A stretch of DNA of 64,000 bases from Catajapyx aquilonaris (Eukaryota), in the NCBI GenBank assembly GCA_000934665.2, contig JYFJ02001814.1, positions 1-64,000 of the forward strand, given 5' to 3'. The notes beneath the pieces were generated by a model, which was not told the origin of the DNA, did not search any database, and saw only the letters and a program-made list of their open reading frames with translations. Shown piece by piece: positions 9,828-23,300 of this stretch. Each line of letters opens with the position of its first letter. The stretch's first letter is position 1. The position numbers were made by a program, and so were the translations under genes.

Positions 9828-12800
9828 TTAATGGAGCTTGGAGAGGAGGCTGCCAACGAGAGACTTGCTGAAGTCGGCATCTGTTGATAAATATCACGTA
9901 TTAGTACTGGTCATGTTGCAATGTATCATGTTGTAGTACAGTACTTACCACGACGGTGACGATGCACCTGTGGGTGGCACTCGAAGTCAGGCCTGCTGCA
10001 GTCTCCCTCAGGCAGGGAATAGGCGTAGGCCATGTCCTTTCCGTTGTCCAGATGACAGTGGTTGGGGCCCTCAAGCTCGTCGTGCTTCTCACTGTCGAAG
10101 TTACCGCACAGACCGCACTGGTGGTTGCGGTACCTGGAGGACAGGATGGTGTACAGATGCTCTCCGTTGAAGTGCACGCCCACCTGGAATGCTGGCGAGT
10201 ACAGCTCGTAGAAGTTGTCGTAGTGCACGGCCCTGGAGGGAAACACAGTGTTAATGTACCACTCGATGCAAGTAACGGCTGTGGTTTATGGACACTTACT
10301 GGAAGAGAGGCAGAGCGTCCTTCTCTGGGTACTGGTATCCCTTTCCGCTGGCATCGTGGTCCTCTCCGTCAAGAGTGACGATGGGAGAGTTGACGTCCTT
10401 GACCTCAAAGGCGTGTCCGCCAGCGAAGAATTTCACGGACTGTAAATGCACGGTTGCAGCATTAGTAAGACGCTGTTAGTTTTATACCGTACAGGTTAAG
10501 TATAACATTGGCGGTACTCACAAAGTGGTGATCCTTGTCGGCCTTGACGAAGAGAGCGTACTTGGGGTCATCGGAGCAGTCGCTGCTGACCAGGGTGTAG
10601 CAGTCCCTGATGTCGGTGTTGTAGGTGACATTGTCGAAGGTCATGACATAGTGAGGACCAACAGAGCAGAAGCCTGTGAAGTGACGAAAATGCGTTAAGA
10701 AAAGTGCTACAAACACCATTTATTGGGGCATGGGTACTCACCAAGAAGTCCAATCTTAACGAGCTGCTCGTAGGTCTCGAGGAAACGAACGTTGCCCATT
10801 GCGATTGGCTTCAGGGCGAAGCGGCTGTAGTCGATGTTCTCGAAGTGGTTGTGCTCCACATCGGAGTGGATGTGCAGGTCAACGATGTCATCGACGGCAG
10901 ACATCTCGCGGATGATGGCGATCTCTCCAGGCTGAACCTTCACCCTGCGAAATGCATTGTTATAATAATCGTATCCACAACAGCTTATATCAAAAATGTG
11001 TGCGGTACTGACTTGTTGTGATGCCTGTGACCCTCGTCGTGGGCATGGTCGTGGTCTCCATGTTCCTCGGAGCTCTCATGGTCTCCAGTATGATCGGCCT
11101 GAGGCTGTAAATTTAGCATTATATAGATTTGTGTTTTACATACATAAACTGTCATGTTTCTCAGATTAAAGACATACCAGGTCATCGACATGATCCACCT
11201 GCCAGTAAGGATACAGCAGAGTCTTGACAAGAGTCAACCAAGTCCTGTAAGCCCTCTTGACGCCCTCTGGAAGCTGTAGGAACATTTTTATAAGTAACTG
11301 CTCACTCATGATAAAGTGTGCTACTCACATTGTTGTGCTTGATCTTGATCTCAGTCCTGAGAGGAGTGGTCTGGTCAATTGCAGCCTCCCTGCAGGCCCA
11401 GGTGAATGGAGTGTACTCTCCAGGCCATGTCTCCTTGTCCTCCCTGTCCTTACGGCACTGGTTGTAAGGCCAGACATTCTTCTTGGTCAGGGCCTTCTGC
11501 TCGTGGCTCCTCTTTCCGACGATGTTCGCCTTGATTCCAGCCTTGTCTCCGGGACACTTGCTGTCAGAGCTCTCTCCCCAGACCATGCTCATCTCGCAGT
11601 TGAAGTTGTAGTACTCATCATCACCCTCGTAGGACAGGAAGTCCTTGGGGAACTTGGCGCCCTTATGGTTGGCGTCGTAGCAAAGGACGTACTCCTTCTC
11701 GTGCTGTCCAACAACAGGACCGCGGACAAGCTTCACCTTGAACTCGGTGTTCCGGCGGAAGCGATCGAACTGGATCATGGTGGAAATGTCCCACTTGTGG
11801 TCCTCGCTCTTGCCCTCGACTCCACGGAAGTTCAGGGAACCACGGACCAGGTACTTGCCACCCTTCCAGATCACATCGGATTCAGGTGTCTCCTGGAGCT
11901 TCACCCTGATGCTGCCCTCGATCTGTAAGAAAATATTCCACATATGTAACCCTTGTGTGACCTTTCGGCATATCTGATAATGTTTTTATATGTTCATCTT
12001 ATCAACAACATACCTTGCTGGTAGGATCCTCAGGATTCTGCATTCTGGTGGCGAAAATTCCGCAAGTCTCGCCGCTGGGGCTGGCCCAGAAGTAATGGAT
12101 CAGTTGGTCATAACCAAGGCTTGCAGCAATGAGAGGATTATTCCTGCAAGAATATCAATGTGTGAACGAATCATCAGCACAAAATTAATTTAGTTGGCAA
12201 TTAATATTTTTTTCCATATGCTGTACGTACTTGACACTCTTGTGCTCGGTGCTGAAGGTGCGCTTCAGAAGGTGCAGGAACTCTCCATATCCACCCTTCT
12301 TCTCACAGTCGAAGATCTCAACATGGAAGTGCTGTCCGCTGAATTCGCAGTTGTGGTCAATGAGGGTCAGCTGAATAAACATTTCATTCGTTTTATGTCA
12401 CTGGTTTGGTTTCATTAATATCTGTCACGTGTATAGAATAATAACTCACCGACTTGCGGGCGTTCTTTCCCTTGCTCACATGCTCCAGGTAGTTGCATTC
12501 GGCGCATGACTCGTGCAGGATCTGCTCGACGTTGTGGTCTCCGAAAGTACGGACGTTCACAATGGTCGAACCGTGAACAACCAGCTCAACAGGGTCCTCA
12601 GCTGTGTTAGAGAAGGAAAATTATAGCACATTCGTGTGTAAGGACAAGTTGTGTGACATACCGGAAGGCACATCAGTAGAGAACTTAAGCTGTTGCTGGG
12701 AGAAGTCAATTCCGACACGGAGAGACTGGGGGAGGTTGTAGTTGATGATGCGATGCCTGGCCACGTTGTGGAAGAAGGCGGTGGTTGGGTTGTAGTTGGT

Positions 12801-15800
12801 CACCATGGTCACAAAGTTGCTCACGAAGCTGGAATTTGAATGCATCGGTTATATTTGTGCGGCTCAAAAAAATGACATATGAGCCCTTACTGGTAGTCAA
12901 AGGTGTTGTCCCTGTAGATGGTGTTGCCGGTTCCCTCGTGGGTGAAGTTACCACGGAGAGAGTGGATGGCGGTGTTGACCATCAGGATGCTGACGGGGGT
13001 ACCAAGATCGCTGGGCTCCTCGTACACGCGATTGATGAGCAGATTAGCCACCTGCTTGTTAATGTGGAAGCTCTTCTGCAGCTTGGAAGCATCACCGAAG
13101 TCTGAAATGTCATCATACATGGTTATTACATCCGTACAGAGCTTAATTCAGGTGATACTTACACTTGGACAGACCCTCGCAGGACTTCTCGTCGATGTAA
13201 ATGTGAGCAATGATGTGATCTCCAGTCATGAAGGCAATCTCCAAAGTGAAGGGATGCTCTGGCCTTGGCTGGATCTGCAGCTTGTCGTAGATGGCCTTCA
13301 GGTCACCCTGCTTCAGGTCCTCGATGTCGACCTTGGACAGATGCTTGTAGATGGAGTCGGACAGGCCGCTCTGGCGAACGTACAACTGCATCCGCCGGGT
13401 AGAAAGAAAAGTGTGGTGTTAGAGCCATGTTTGGCCAGAATTTGTGAGAATACTAACCGAGAAGTAGTTGCTGGTGAATCCGGACATGTAGTTCTCAAAT
13501 CCGACGTAGACCTGTCGAGGTATGAGAGAGTCGGTGCTGGCCACGATGGACGTGGCAGTCACATGGCCAAAGTTGTACTTGGGATCGTAGTAATCGAAAG
13601 CGTAGAATCCGGAGTAACGAGGGTTCAGGATGAACACCTTAACGTACTTCATGTAGGTCATCAGGAAACCGGTGTCCTTAGCCCTGGAGTAATTATTGAA
13701 TTGTACTGTACTGTACCAACACAATGACTAGCCTGCCGTACTTACATCTTCTCGTAGCAAGGATGGTTGATCTTGGAGATGGACTTGAACATGGTGTAGA
13801 CATAGTGGGCAACCTGGAGGGACTCTTCGTTGAAGAGAGAGACGGCGATCTGCTGCAGCTCGTCGAAGTTTGGTTGATGATGCATGACCTGTGCGAAGGC
13901 GTTGATGCGGACCTCGTAGTTCTCTGTCTTGTCGAAGAAGAGAGGAAGGATCTCCCTGTGCAGCCTGTGCCTGTCCTCTCCTCCCAGGCCGTGGGTGGCC
14001 CAGATGGCCTGGATACGGACGGCCAGAGAGTGCTGGGTCTTGCCCTGGGCGATGGGCAGCATCAGTTCGGCCACTCGTCCGACGGCAATGCTGTGCAGGG
14101 CCGAGACGTACAGGAGCTGCTCCGACTCCTCCGAGGTCTGCTCGAACTTGTGGTAGAAGAGTTCGATGTACTTGTTGAGGAAGTCCTCGCTGCAGTGGTG
14201 CTTGCAGGTGCGGCTGACCATGTTGGCCAGGGCCAGGGTGGCAAAGCGGTAGGCGATCTTCTTGCTCAGACCTTCGGTATTGTACTTCTCAGGCAGGTGA
14301 GCGAACTGCTCGGTCAGGATCTCGGTGGGCTCCTGCAGGTAGAAGGGGATGGTTCCCAGCAAGCGGAGGAGCAGGGGACGGCTCTCCACATCCTCGTTGA
14401 TGATGTCCAGGAGGGTCAGGGCAGCAGGGCTGGTTCCAGTGATCGTCAGGAGTTCCAGGTACAGTTCCCTATAAACGACATTGCATTTATCCATCCGAAA
14501 CATGATGATTGATATATGTCAGGGGTGGCCAATGCTTACTTGATGGTCTGGTCCTTGTCGGTGGTGATTCCGTCCTTCACATGCTCGTACAGCTTCTTCC
14601 AGTGGTCGTAGTCCAAGGCAGTGGCATAGGGAATGGCCAGGTACAGGGAGGCCTTGTAGGCAGTCACGACGTCCTTGTGGATGTGGTGAGTGTCCAGAGA
14701 ATCGGCAACCTTGTTCAGGTGCTCCTCGACCTGTAGATAGCAATAATTATTAAGTAAATCCGCTTGTGGAAAAATATGGTGAGCAACTTTTGATAAGCGC
14801 TGGAATGTTGCTGACCTTCTCAAGAGTCTTCTCCTGGGGGAGGGTATAGTCGACCTTGGTACCGAAGTACTCCTCGGACACCTTCAGTTCCTCGACGGTC
14901 TTGGGGTGCTCGTCATCACTGAAATGGAAGTCCAGATGGTCGTGCTGCTTCAGCTCACCCTCCAGCTTGATCTCGTCCTGGATGTCTCCGAAGCTCTCCA
15001 GGAAGATGGTGTGGCTGCAGGTACAGGTTGGCAAGTTAGTCTTATTATACAGTGACAATATTTGTGTGCAACATACTTGATGAAGCTGAACTGGCTGAGA
15101 CCAGCATTGTCGAAGGGACGGAAGATGGTCTGGGACATGACGTCGATCCTCTTGACGTGCTCGTGTCCATCCTTGTCCTCCACATGGTAGGTCTGGAAGC
15201 TGCTGGAGTGGACGGGGTCCTGGAAGTAAAATCAAATCATGTAGAGGAATTGTCATTGTTGTTAAGCTCATTCTTGATATTACATTGTTGAGATTGGAGG
15301 TGGGGCAGAAGTGGCCATCGTTGACGGTGCGGGTACGGAACACCCTGTTGTGACAGTCGTGGTTGTGACGGTGCTTGCGGATCACCTTGGTGTGCTCTGG
15401 TTCATCAGGGCAGGGGCTGACCTCGTAGTTGACGGGGCAGTTGCCTTGGATGGTGTTCTGGGGGGAAACGCAATCAGCAATAATTGAAGGGGAACATTTT
15501 TTCTTCAAAAATGCATAATTATGAAGGATAATTTCCGTATGCTGACCTCATCCAGAGTGAAGAACTGGTTGTTCTTCTGGAGAGAATCGTGATGCAGCTG
15601 CAGAAGAGTGGCGAGGCCCTTCTTCATGTTGGTGGCCCACTCCTTCTCCTGGGGGACATCCACAGTGGTGACCTGACCGTTACCATTGTAGCTGATCCTG
15701 AAGGGATGGCTCATCTCGGAGGTCAGCTCGGGCTTGGACACGAAGGTCATCTCGGGGTAGTGGTTGAAGTCGTACTTCCCGTTGTAGGTGGCCATCGTGA

Positions 15801-17492
15801 TGTCGTCCAGCTGAAGGCATCATGAATGGGGCGTTAGTGCAATTGACGATAATTACTCTGATTGCATTTATCCATCAAGCTGACTCACCTTGACGACAAC
15901 ATCGTTAGGGTGAGCCTGGATGCGAAGGATTCCGCGGTATGCAAATGCAGATGCGAAAGTGGATGGGTCCAATGCTCCAGAGGTGGAATACACTTCATAG
16001 TTGTACTTGTACTCCTTGCCGTTATGGAAGAGATTTTCTGGAAATCACAAAGGACATGTTAAAATGCTGTACTTTTCATGACTTATTGTCCTTTAAAAGC
16101 TACTGATTCTTACCCAGTGCTGAGGCGTTGGCCACCAGCAGAAGAACTCCTGAAAAAATTAATTTCACAATAATCAGTGTATACAGTACATGACTGCGAC
16201 ATCATTGAGGTCATAACATGTTGCCCTTGACATAGAGAGATAAGACCACGCAGTCCAGTATCTTCCGTGACCTTGACGGTGAACCTGAAATCACCCTGGC
16301 CTGGCCTGGCGTGATACAAATGTCTCATGGGCTATTTCGCAGGCTGGATTCATTCCTTATCGGAAATTTGCATAACGATAAGACATATTAATTTCCATCA
16401 ACTGTGATACAACCACTGCCCTTTTCAACGAACTGTAGAATTATAACAAGTTTTATCTTAACGGGGTAAGGCAGGTCATAATGATAATAAATAATACTCC
16501 GTTTATGAGCAGCTTCAGCGTAATTAACAAGTCTGGAGATTACTCCCCATTATATTAAAGACCATAATTCTGTGCATCATTGCACGATGGCTTATCCGAA
16601 ATTGAGTTTTGGTGACAGCCCGCATGAATAATATGGCATATCCAGCTGGCTGGATGATCCACAGCCGTTGTGATATTATATAATTTGCAAATATGTTATG
16701 TGGATTCAGTTACCTAAACATAATTTAGCCTGACATTTTTGAGATTGTCTTTTAGCAACATAATGCAAAATATTTTAGTTTTAGAGTAGAACAAGAAATG
16801 CTTGCACATTGAAGCTTTAGACCAACGTGTTCTGTTCAAAGATGCTATATGTAATTTTGTAAAACTATTTACAAATCAATATTTAAAATAAAACAATACA
16901 ATATTGTCATTTAAATCAGTATGAAAAACAGCACGACTAGACTTCTGATGGTTGTGTGACGCCCGGACACGTTTTGCCTAAACATTTTTTAAGACTCGGT
17001 GTTATTGCCCAGAATAATACTTATTCGTCTCCTCTAATTATTTTGTGGGATCCTCTCCTTTCCAGTTTCCCATGATATTTTTCTGAAAATTATTAAATGG
17101 ACTACACACCACTGCAATTCAACAATGACCTGCATGCTCAAGCGACAAACTTCTCGAAATGCAATAATTGAGGAATAACTTGTCAAGAATTGAAACGTGA
17201 ACGTAGCACTTAGAGGTGCTCATATGGCGCTACAGAGTACGTATTAGAAAAATTTTCCAGCTTAAAAATCATACTTGTCTTCTTTTCAAACTAATGGTTG
17301 CTAATATTCCAAGTAATATTCAGTAGGGCTATAAGCACTGAAACAATATTATTTATAAAGCGTAATTGTGATATATGTATCATTAGCCTGAGCTTTGCAA
17401 TAGGTCAACAATAGTAGAAAAATACTATTTACCCCTTACCAATATAAAATAAGAAATTATGATCACTTACCCAAAAACCAATAGTTGGCCAT
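9828..17492 (-). CDS. Vitellogenin/hemelipoglycoprotein-like large lipid transfer protein (Vitellogenin_N, helical region, beta-sheet region, vWD), about 24 exons, roughly 1,600 aa, His-rich
   Basis: Signal peptide MANYWFLGVLLLVANASALE is followed by NLFHNGKEYKYNYEV. Also present: WATNMKKGLATLLQ, NTIQGNCPVNY, the helical-domain motif ENYEVRINAF, and the vWD motifs CSVGPHYVMTFDNVTY and CGLCGNFD. GT-AG junctions are phase-consistent where checked. Stop TAA at 9828-9830; AATAAA at ~9627-9632 (minus strand). Confidence 0.9.
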
Positions 17493-17600
17493 GGTTAGGC
17501 ACAGCCTTCGATGTTAGAAGACTTCGGGATTAGCAGATGAGGACCGTGACCAAAAATGACCGGTCCAGCAAGTGCAACGAGGCATCTGCATTCACCCACA

Positions 17601-17660
17601 TTTATAGCTTATGCAAATGGGGCCTGACCACGAGAGATGGGCGTGGCCTTGAGGTCACAC
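17601..17660 (-). promoter_or_regulatory. Core promoter of the intact LLTP gene: TATA box and nuclear-receptor-type sites
   Basis: TATAAA at 17601-17606 (minus strand), ~110 nt upstream of the ATG. TCAAGGCCA (NR5A/FTZ-F1 consensus YCAAGGYCR) at 17644-17652 overlaps AGGTCA at 17652-17657. ATGCAAAT at ~17610. Confidence 0.55.
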
Positions 17661-18335
17661 ATTGCCAAATGGTCACCTCCTGCAATAACATATCTGTAAA
17701 ATAGCTGCAACAAATAGCTCTCTAAATTTCGAAGATGTGACATTCACGACCATTGAAGTCGTCTGACGCACTTAGGAACCGACACCCTAATTTTGGTTGC
17801 ATGAAAATGTAGAACGTAATGGACCATCTGGCAACGTGGATATAATCATTTTCAATCATAAATGCCAATCTTCTTCTGGACGATCTTTGACCCAGCCGCA
17901 GGAGTAAAGTTCCAAAAGGTCAGCCGAATAGTGATATATACACTCCCCAGAAGATTATGAAGATGAGACTCTTTTTTTGGTTGTTTTTATGTCCCCTTAT
18001 TCATCTTTGTTCGCTCGGAGGTCACGCAGATAAATGACGAAACAAAAATCCGAGACATTAACTATAAAGTGTCGGGTCGTAATGGCTAAAAAAGGGGGGA
18101 AATCTTGAGACGGATTCATGTCATTTCTCATGTCAAGGACCAGTTGATAAACTTTCTGAAAGAGATTCCAGGAAGAGCCATTTTTTTAAAAGATTAAATC
18201 GCCCATTACTTGGTCAATGGTCCGTCTTCAGATATCAAATCCACATATTAATGGTTTTATGGTGACCCTTCGAAAACAGATTAGAAGAACGAGTATTCAA
18301 GTCTCGCAATTTAACATTATGATGGGTAATGTCTA

Positions 18336-18428
18336 TACAGGTTGACATAATTGAATATTGTCTCATTACAATAATAGTTATGCAACAACTTTTATTGTAA
18401 GAGACAATATTCGATTATGTCGCCTGTA
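18336..18428. mobile_element. Small palindromic MITE-like element
   Basis: TACAGG...CCTGTA ends. The arms GACATAATTGAATATTGTCTC and GAGACAATATTCGATTATGTC pair almost perfectly. Confidence 0.55.
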
Positions 18429-20082
18429 GACTACGTTCATCATGCAAGTCAATCAAACAGATAAAACGTATAAAAATTTTTCCTGTCAATCATTCAGATT
18501 TCTCTAATAAACAGCGGGCCTGTTGGCATAATTATATCAGATGTTTATTTTGGTCCAAAGCATATTAGGACTGAGGCTGTTAAAACTGGGGGGGAAAAAG
18601 TTGAAAATAATTTTTGAGATGGACTTCTGAACCCTGCGGTGTTTCCAAACATATAGCTTTTTTTATTATTATTTTTCAAACAAAAATCTTGCGTTAACAG
18701 GCATTTATAATCTTGGGTTCATGACATAACACACTATGTAACTAACATCTTTATAGACTCCCCCATTTTTGGCTGCAAACCATTGGGTGCGTAACTTATG
18801 TGCACATGATTTTATTACGACACTCTCTCTCTCTTTAAAAATTATTATCAGTCTATACGGTACAGTACAACATTATGCAACCTTATCCCTGAAAAAAATA
18901 TATATAGGAATAATTTTAATCGGAGGAGAAATTACGTTATAGACCTCACTTTAAGTTGTGTCTAAATCTCTGTACCAAGTAGATAATCTTCTACAGTGTT
19001 CGGTATGCATTTGGGGTCTTGACTTGTCCATGACCTTTTTTTCATGAATCGGTATCTAATTGTAGATTACGCGATTTTTTTGGGGTGTTATGACCAGGTC
19101 TACGCAACTCTTAGTATGCTGCATATGAATTATTAGCATATTCACACAATTTAAATTTATGAAAACATGTTGTTCTAGAAATGCAATATGTATTTAAGAT
19201 GAACGGTAATGAACTAACGCTTTTATTATTATTTTGTTGTTTTCAGATATGGAGATAAACTCTCAAACGGTCAAGTTAGTCGTCAAAGGTTAGTGATGCA
19301 TATTTATTTCTGGGTTTTCGATATCAACTCCGTGACATCTGTCAAGATCAAGGTTTTTACAACACAGTATACTCTGGTTTATTAATACGGTAAATACGAA
19401 AACATTTCAAGGTTTAAAAATTAAATTAATAGCAGCTGTGTCAGTCCTCAACGGAATGTAATAGTATTTCATTCATTATTTGTGGCACATGAAAGTTAAG
19501 TCCATTTATTTTCACTCCATCAGGCTTACAGAGTGCCCAAGTTGATAGACCAGATAGTTGTAATAATGTTTGATTGTAAATAGTATTGCACAAATGTTAC
19601 AATAGGAAATATTAATTGTTCGCAAGGCACCAAACTTTGCTCGTACAGGATTGTCGTATCAATTAGTTGCCAATTTGGAAGACATCCCGACAAAACTGGC
19701 AACCCTTATTGCAATTTTGTTTTGTAAAATGTTGCAAAATATTTAACTTGAGATGACTATCGGTTCAGCATGGGCACCACGTTACGTCTACAAAAAAAAA
19801 TCGGATCCGCATTTCCGCCCTTTAATTGTCAAAGTCAGTCCACTAACGTCGGAAGTGTATACAGAACACACAAGTCTATAAAAAATAACGGCTTGTTTGT
19901 ATTAGCTGGAACTCAGCCTCATTTCGGCCGATAAAATTTACACAGTTCAGGGCAGAAAGCAATTACGAACAGAAGACTCACGTAACAAAGATTAATGTAA
20001 GATGCGACCACATCTGACGTCATTAGAGACAAACATGTAGTAAAAAAATGTTTCCCATGATTAATAACTTCAGGTTGTCGCG

Positions 20083-20398
20083 CTACGACTTGTCCACCTT
20101 TGTCGTCGACGGTGTTGTTGTCGAAGTTGTTGTGGAAGACAGGGTGTCGAGACCCACTGTCAATTGGTGTATCTTCTTCAGAATATCGCTTGTGTCTTCA
20201 CCTTCTCCCACGCTTTTGGATCCTGGAGACTTATCTTCACCATTCCCATCTGCTTGCGGAAAAAATGGTGTAAATTGCAGTATGTACTGTTCATACACTG
20301 TGTATGCTCACCATCGTTTGGTTGATTTTTGGCGTCTTGTTTGTGACGTCCAAATGGGGCACGTGCGCTCCATACTTCGTCCAGATCGAAATCAAATC
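20083..20398 (-). CDS. Last two exons of a small uncharacterised gene (Ser/Thr-rich tail); 5' exon(s) not identified
   Basis: Exons 20312-20398 and 20083-20249 have canonical phase-1 GT-AG junctions and join in frame (GFDFDLDEVWSARAPFGRHKQDAKNQPND-DGNGEDKSPG...STTTSTTTPSTTKVDKS*). Confidence 0.45.
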
Positions 20399-23300
20399 CT
20401 GCCAATTAAAATGTTTTAAACTGTATTATGATTGCAAGTGCAATGTGCTGTGGAGTCACTGACATCACGTAGGCCGCAATAAGCTTCAGGTGAAATATCG
20501 ACCACAGTACAGCAATGTCAATATCCGACCACACCTTTTGATGTAGATTAATTGCAAACCAATCCCCCACCTGCGGTCACAAACCGTTAATTCCAGAAGT
20601 GGTTCAAGTTGCATGACACATTTAGGGGGCAAAGCAAGACAGCTGGAGCTGTAATTATTCACCGCCGTTTCTCGTAATCTGAAGGCCGATACTTTCATGG
20701 TCTACGAGACACGCTCCTAGAATAATTAGAAGTGGTATAAGCGGTAGCATTCTTAATGTCAGTGCGGCCCAAAGTCGCCACTAACTTTAACCTGAATATC
20801 TGTTGGCCTAATAAATTATAGCGAGTGACTTAAAAAATTAGTCACTCGCTGAGAAGTCTAATTGCTAATGTAGTTCATCTCCCTCTTGGAGCGGAATTAT
20901 CCTGTCAGACTCCCAACCCTTTCGTTTTAATCATGTCATAAGAGTAACACAGGCCATGTTATTTGTAACACTCAAGAAAAACGATCTGATGAGAGTAGCG
21001 GAATTCCCTCGGGCTAGATTAAAACTGATGAATGATAGTGTGATTCGTTTTTCGCAAAAGTTTACAAACTGCGCAATCTTTTTTTTAAAGAAAAAAGGAT
21101 CCTTCCTTTTATACAAACGAGCCCTTGTCACGCAAAACTTCTTGTCGGATATAAATTTGTGTCAATATATCCTAAGGGAATACACTCTTGATAAAAGGGA
21201 ATAAGGAATGAAAATATTTGCCTCTTACTGAATCTACTTGCTTTTGGAATAGGAAAGAATGTGTTTGGCTGATAAGTGAAATCTTCTAGAGGGAGAAAGT
21301 TCGATTATGTTCAAAAGGCGCGTGTAAGAAATCGTTACAAAAGAAGGCGGCGACTATATAATGAACAAAATTAATTGAATGCAAAGCTGTGCAATAATTC
21401 TTCCATAATGCAGCTTGGATTTGCTGAGAGTCTTTTCGCACAGAAAAAGGTTGCTGAAAAATGTCAAGTGTCGCCCACTGGATTTTCGCCCTGAAATGCG
21501 CAGTTAATCCCTATTCCGGTTAAATTGACGGTGTCCCATTCATTTTGGGCTTGACAGAGTTGAGCCCAAGCTGGGGAGGAAATCGATGGACAGCTATATA
21601 CTAGGAGGCCGTTGCCGCAAGATTCAATGCCAACACCTACACCGCGGTTGCAACAACAACCTACAATATACTGCAGTTATGACTGTATACCTGCGTGTCG
21701 TGCTTATCCGCACCCCAATATATTTTTTTCGGCGTTCTCAGAAATACTATAGGAATTAATCGACATTGGGTAGAAAAATAGGTTCAAGGTCCGACCTGTT
21801 TCGTCCTCGAATCATTTCCTTCCTATCCTACTCAATTTCCTTTTTTGGTCATTCCATCGATCTGGCTCAATCAGAGCTCAAAATACTGTTACCTATCTCA
21901 AAGTCACCTCATATTTTTAAAGTTTTTTTTTAAAATCATCGTGGGGCAACTACAGAAACAGCCAATCAATGGGACGTCATTAGCTCTCTGTAGACGTCAT
22001 TAGTTGCGGACTTAACTTATTTCAGAATTTTTCAGGATCATATGAACCTGAATAAAATTGTTTTGAAATTTATTACGATATAAACGCTGGGTCTTGGAGT
22101 CACTCCAAGGTATCCACACTTTCTAAATTATTTTATCAGCTTAAAATATTGACACCCTTATCTTTAAGCAGCATCCACTTCCTTTTGAGACAGAGAATCA
22201 GGCTTTAAAGCAATTTTACTGTCGACGTGAGAAAATAATTTTCGGCTCAGAGAGTGAAGAAATTATTTAGAAAACGTCACACACAATATTTTTGTGACTT
22301 TCTTTGATGTGCCGTTGTGCTTTTTCAAGTAGATATAGCGCCACTTCTATATATCTCCCTTTCTATACAAGTAGTTCGCTACAGTACTTTTTAAAAATGT
22401 CCTGTCGATGACAGGAGGCATTATTATTATTGCTTCTATACGCGCACGAGAAGGTCGTATAACGTGACTGTAATTTTTAAGCATCATGTACGGCAGAAAT
22501 GGGGAAAATATTATGGCAGAAAATTGGCAATGGGGAAAATATTTCCCATCCACTCCAAAAAAAAAATACACATTCAAGGGCAGCTTGCGAATTGTGAAAA
22601 TTTTCCTTATTCGCTGCTTGATTTTACTTATTCCATGCACACACACGATGTCATTAATTTCAACTCTTACTATGTACATTTGCGCCACAGTATTGCAAAA
22701 ACTGGATCATGTATACTGCAGTTTTATTGAACCCCATCAGGAAGTATAAAAAGACACTCTTGTACATATGTGAAAACGTAGGCCTGGTTACATCAAGTTA
22801 CAGCATAAGACAATAATGTTTATTTATGCCAAATGCTACATGTTACACATTGCAATCCAATGTTACATGACGAACTTCTGCAGCATTTATTATTATTATC
22901 GCACAAGTTGTAACTCTCACTGCGATAACACTGATGGCAATTTGGAACCTATTTGCACACAACATCTCACGTTGACAATAATACGGTCCGTCGCAAAACC
23001 AATCAGGACCAGTGACGTCAGACTCAAAATTCTATCATGACTTTGTGACAAGCCCGAAGTGAACAATTATCAGTCTAAAAAGGGGGTTATTGAGGTGGTT
23101 TGACCTTGAGTGCGTGGAACGTAGGTTATATATGGATCCGGTGTGCATAATTAATGAACGTGTGGGACACCCCCCTGACCGGTCGACAATCCCTTTGTGA
23201 GGATCAAGTGTCGACGGATGAACCAAATTACTCTGGAGCTCTGACAGACTAAATGTGTCTCTCTTTTTTTCGAGCTCATGAAGCGCAGCCTCTAACTCAG

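Noticed and set aside
11257..14512. Long plus-strand ORFs (11257-11928, 12918-13727, 13724-14512) as separate genes
   Set aside because: They are antisense shadows of the strongly C/G-ending codons in the LLTP exons and have no recognisable motifs.
20820..20850. 11-bp stem hairpin as a terminator or Helitron end
   Set aside because: Intrinsic terminators do not apply to eukaryotic Pol II genes, and no clear downstream CTRR end was seen.
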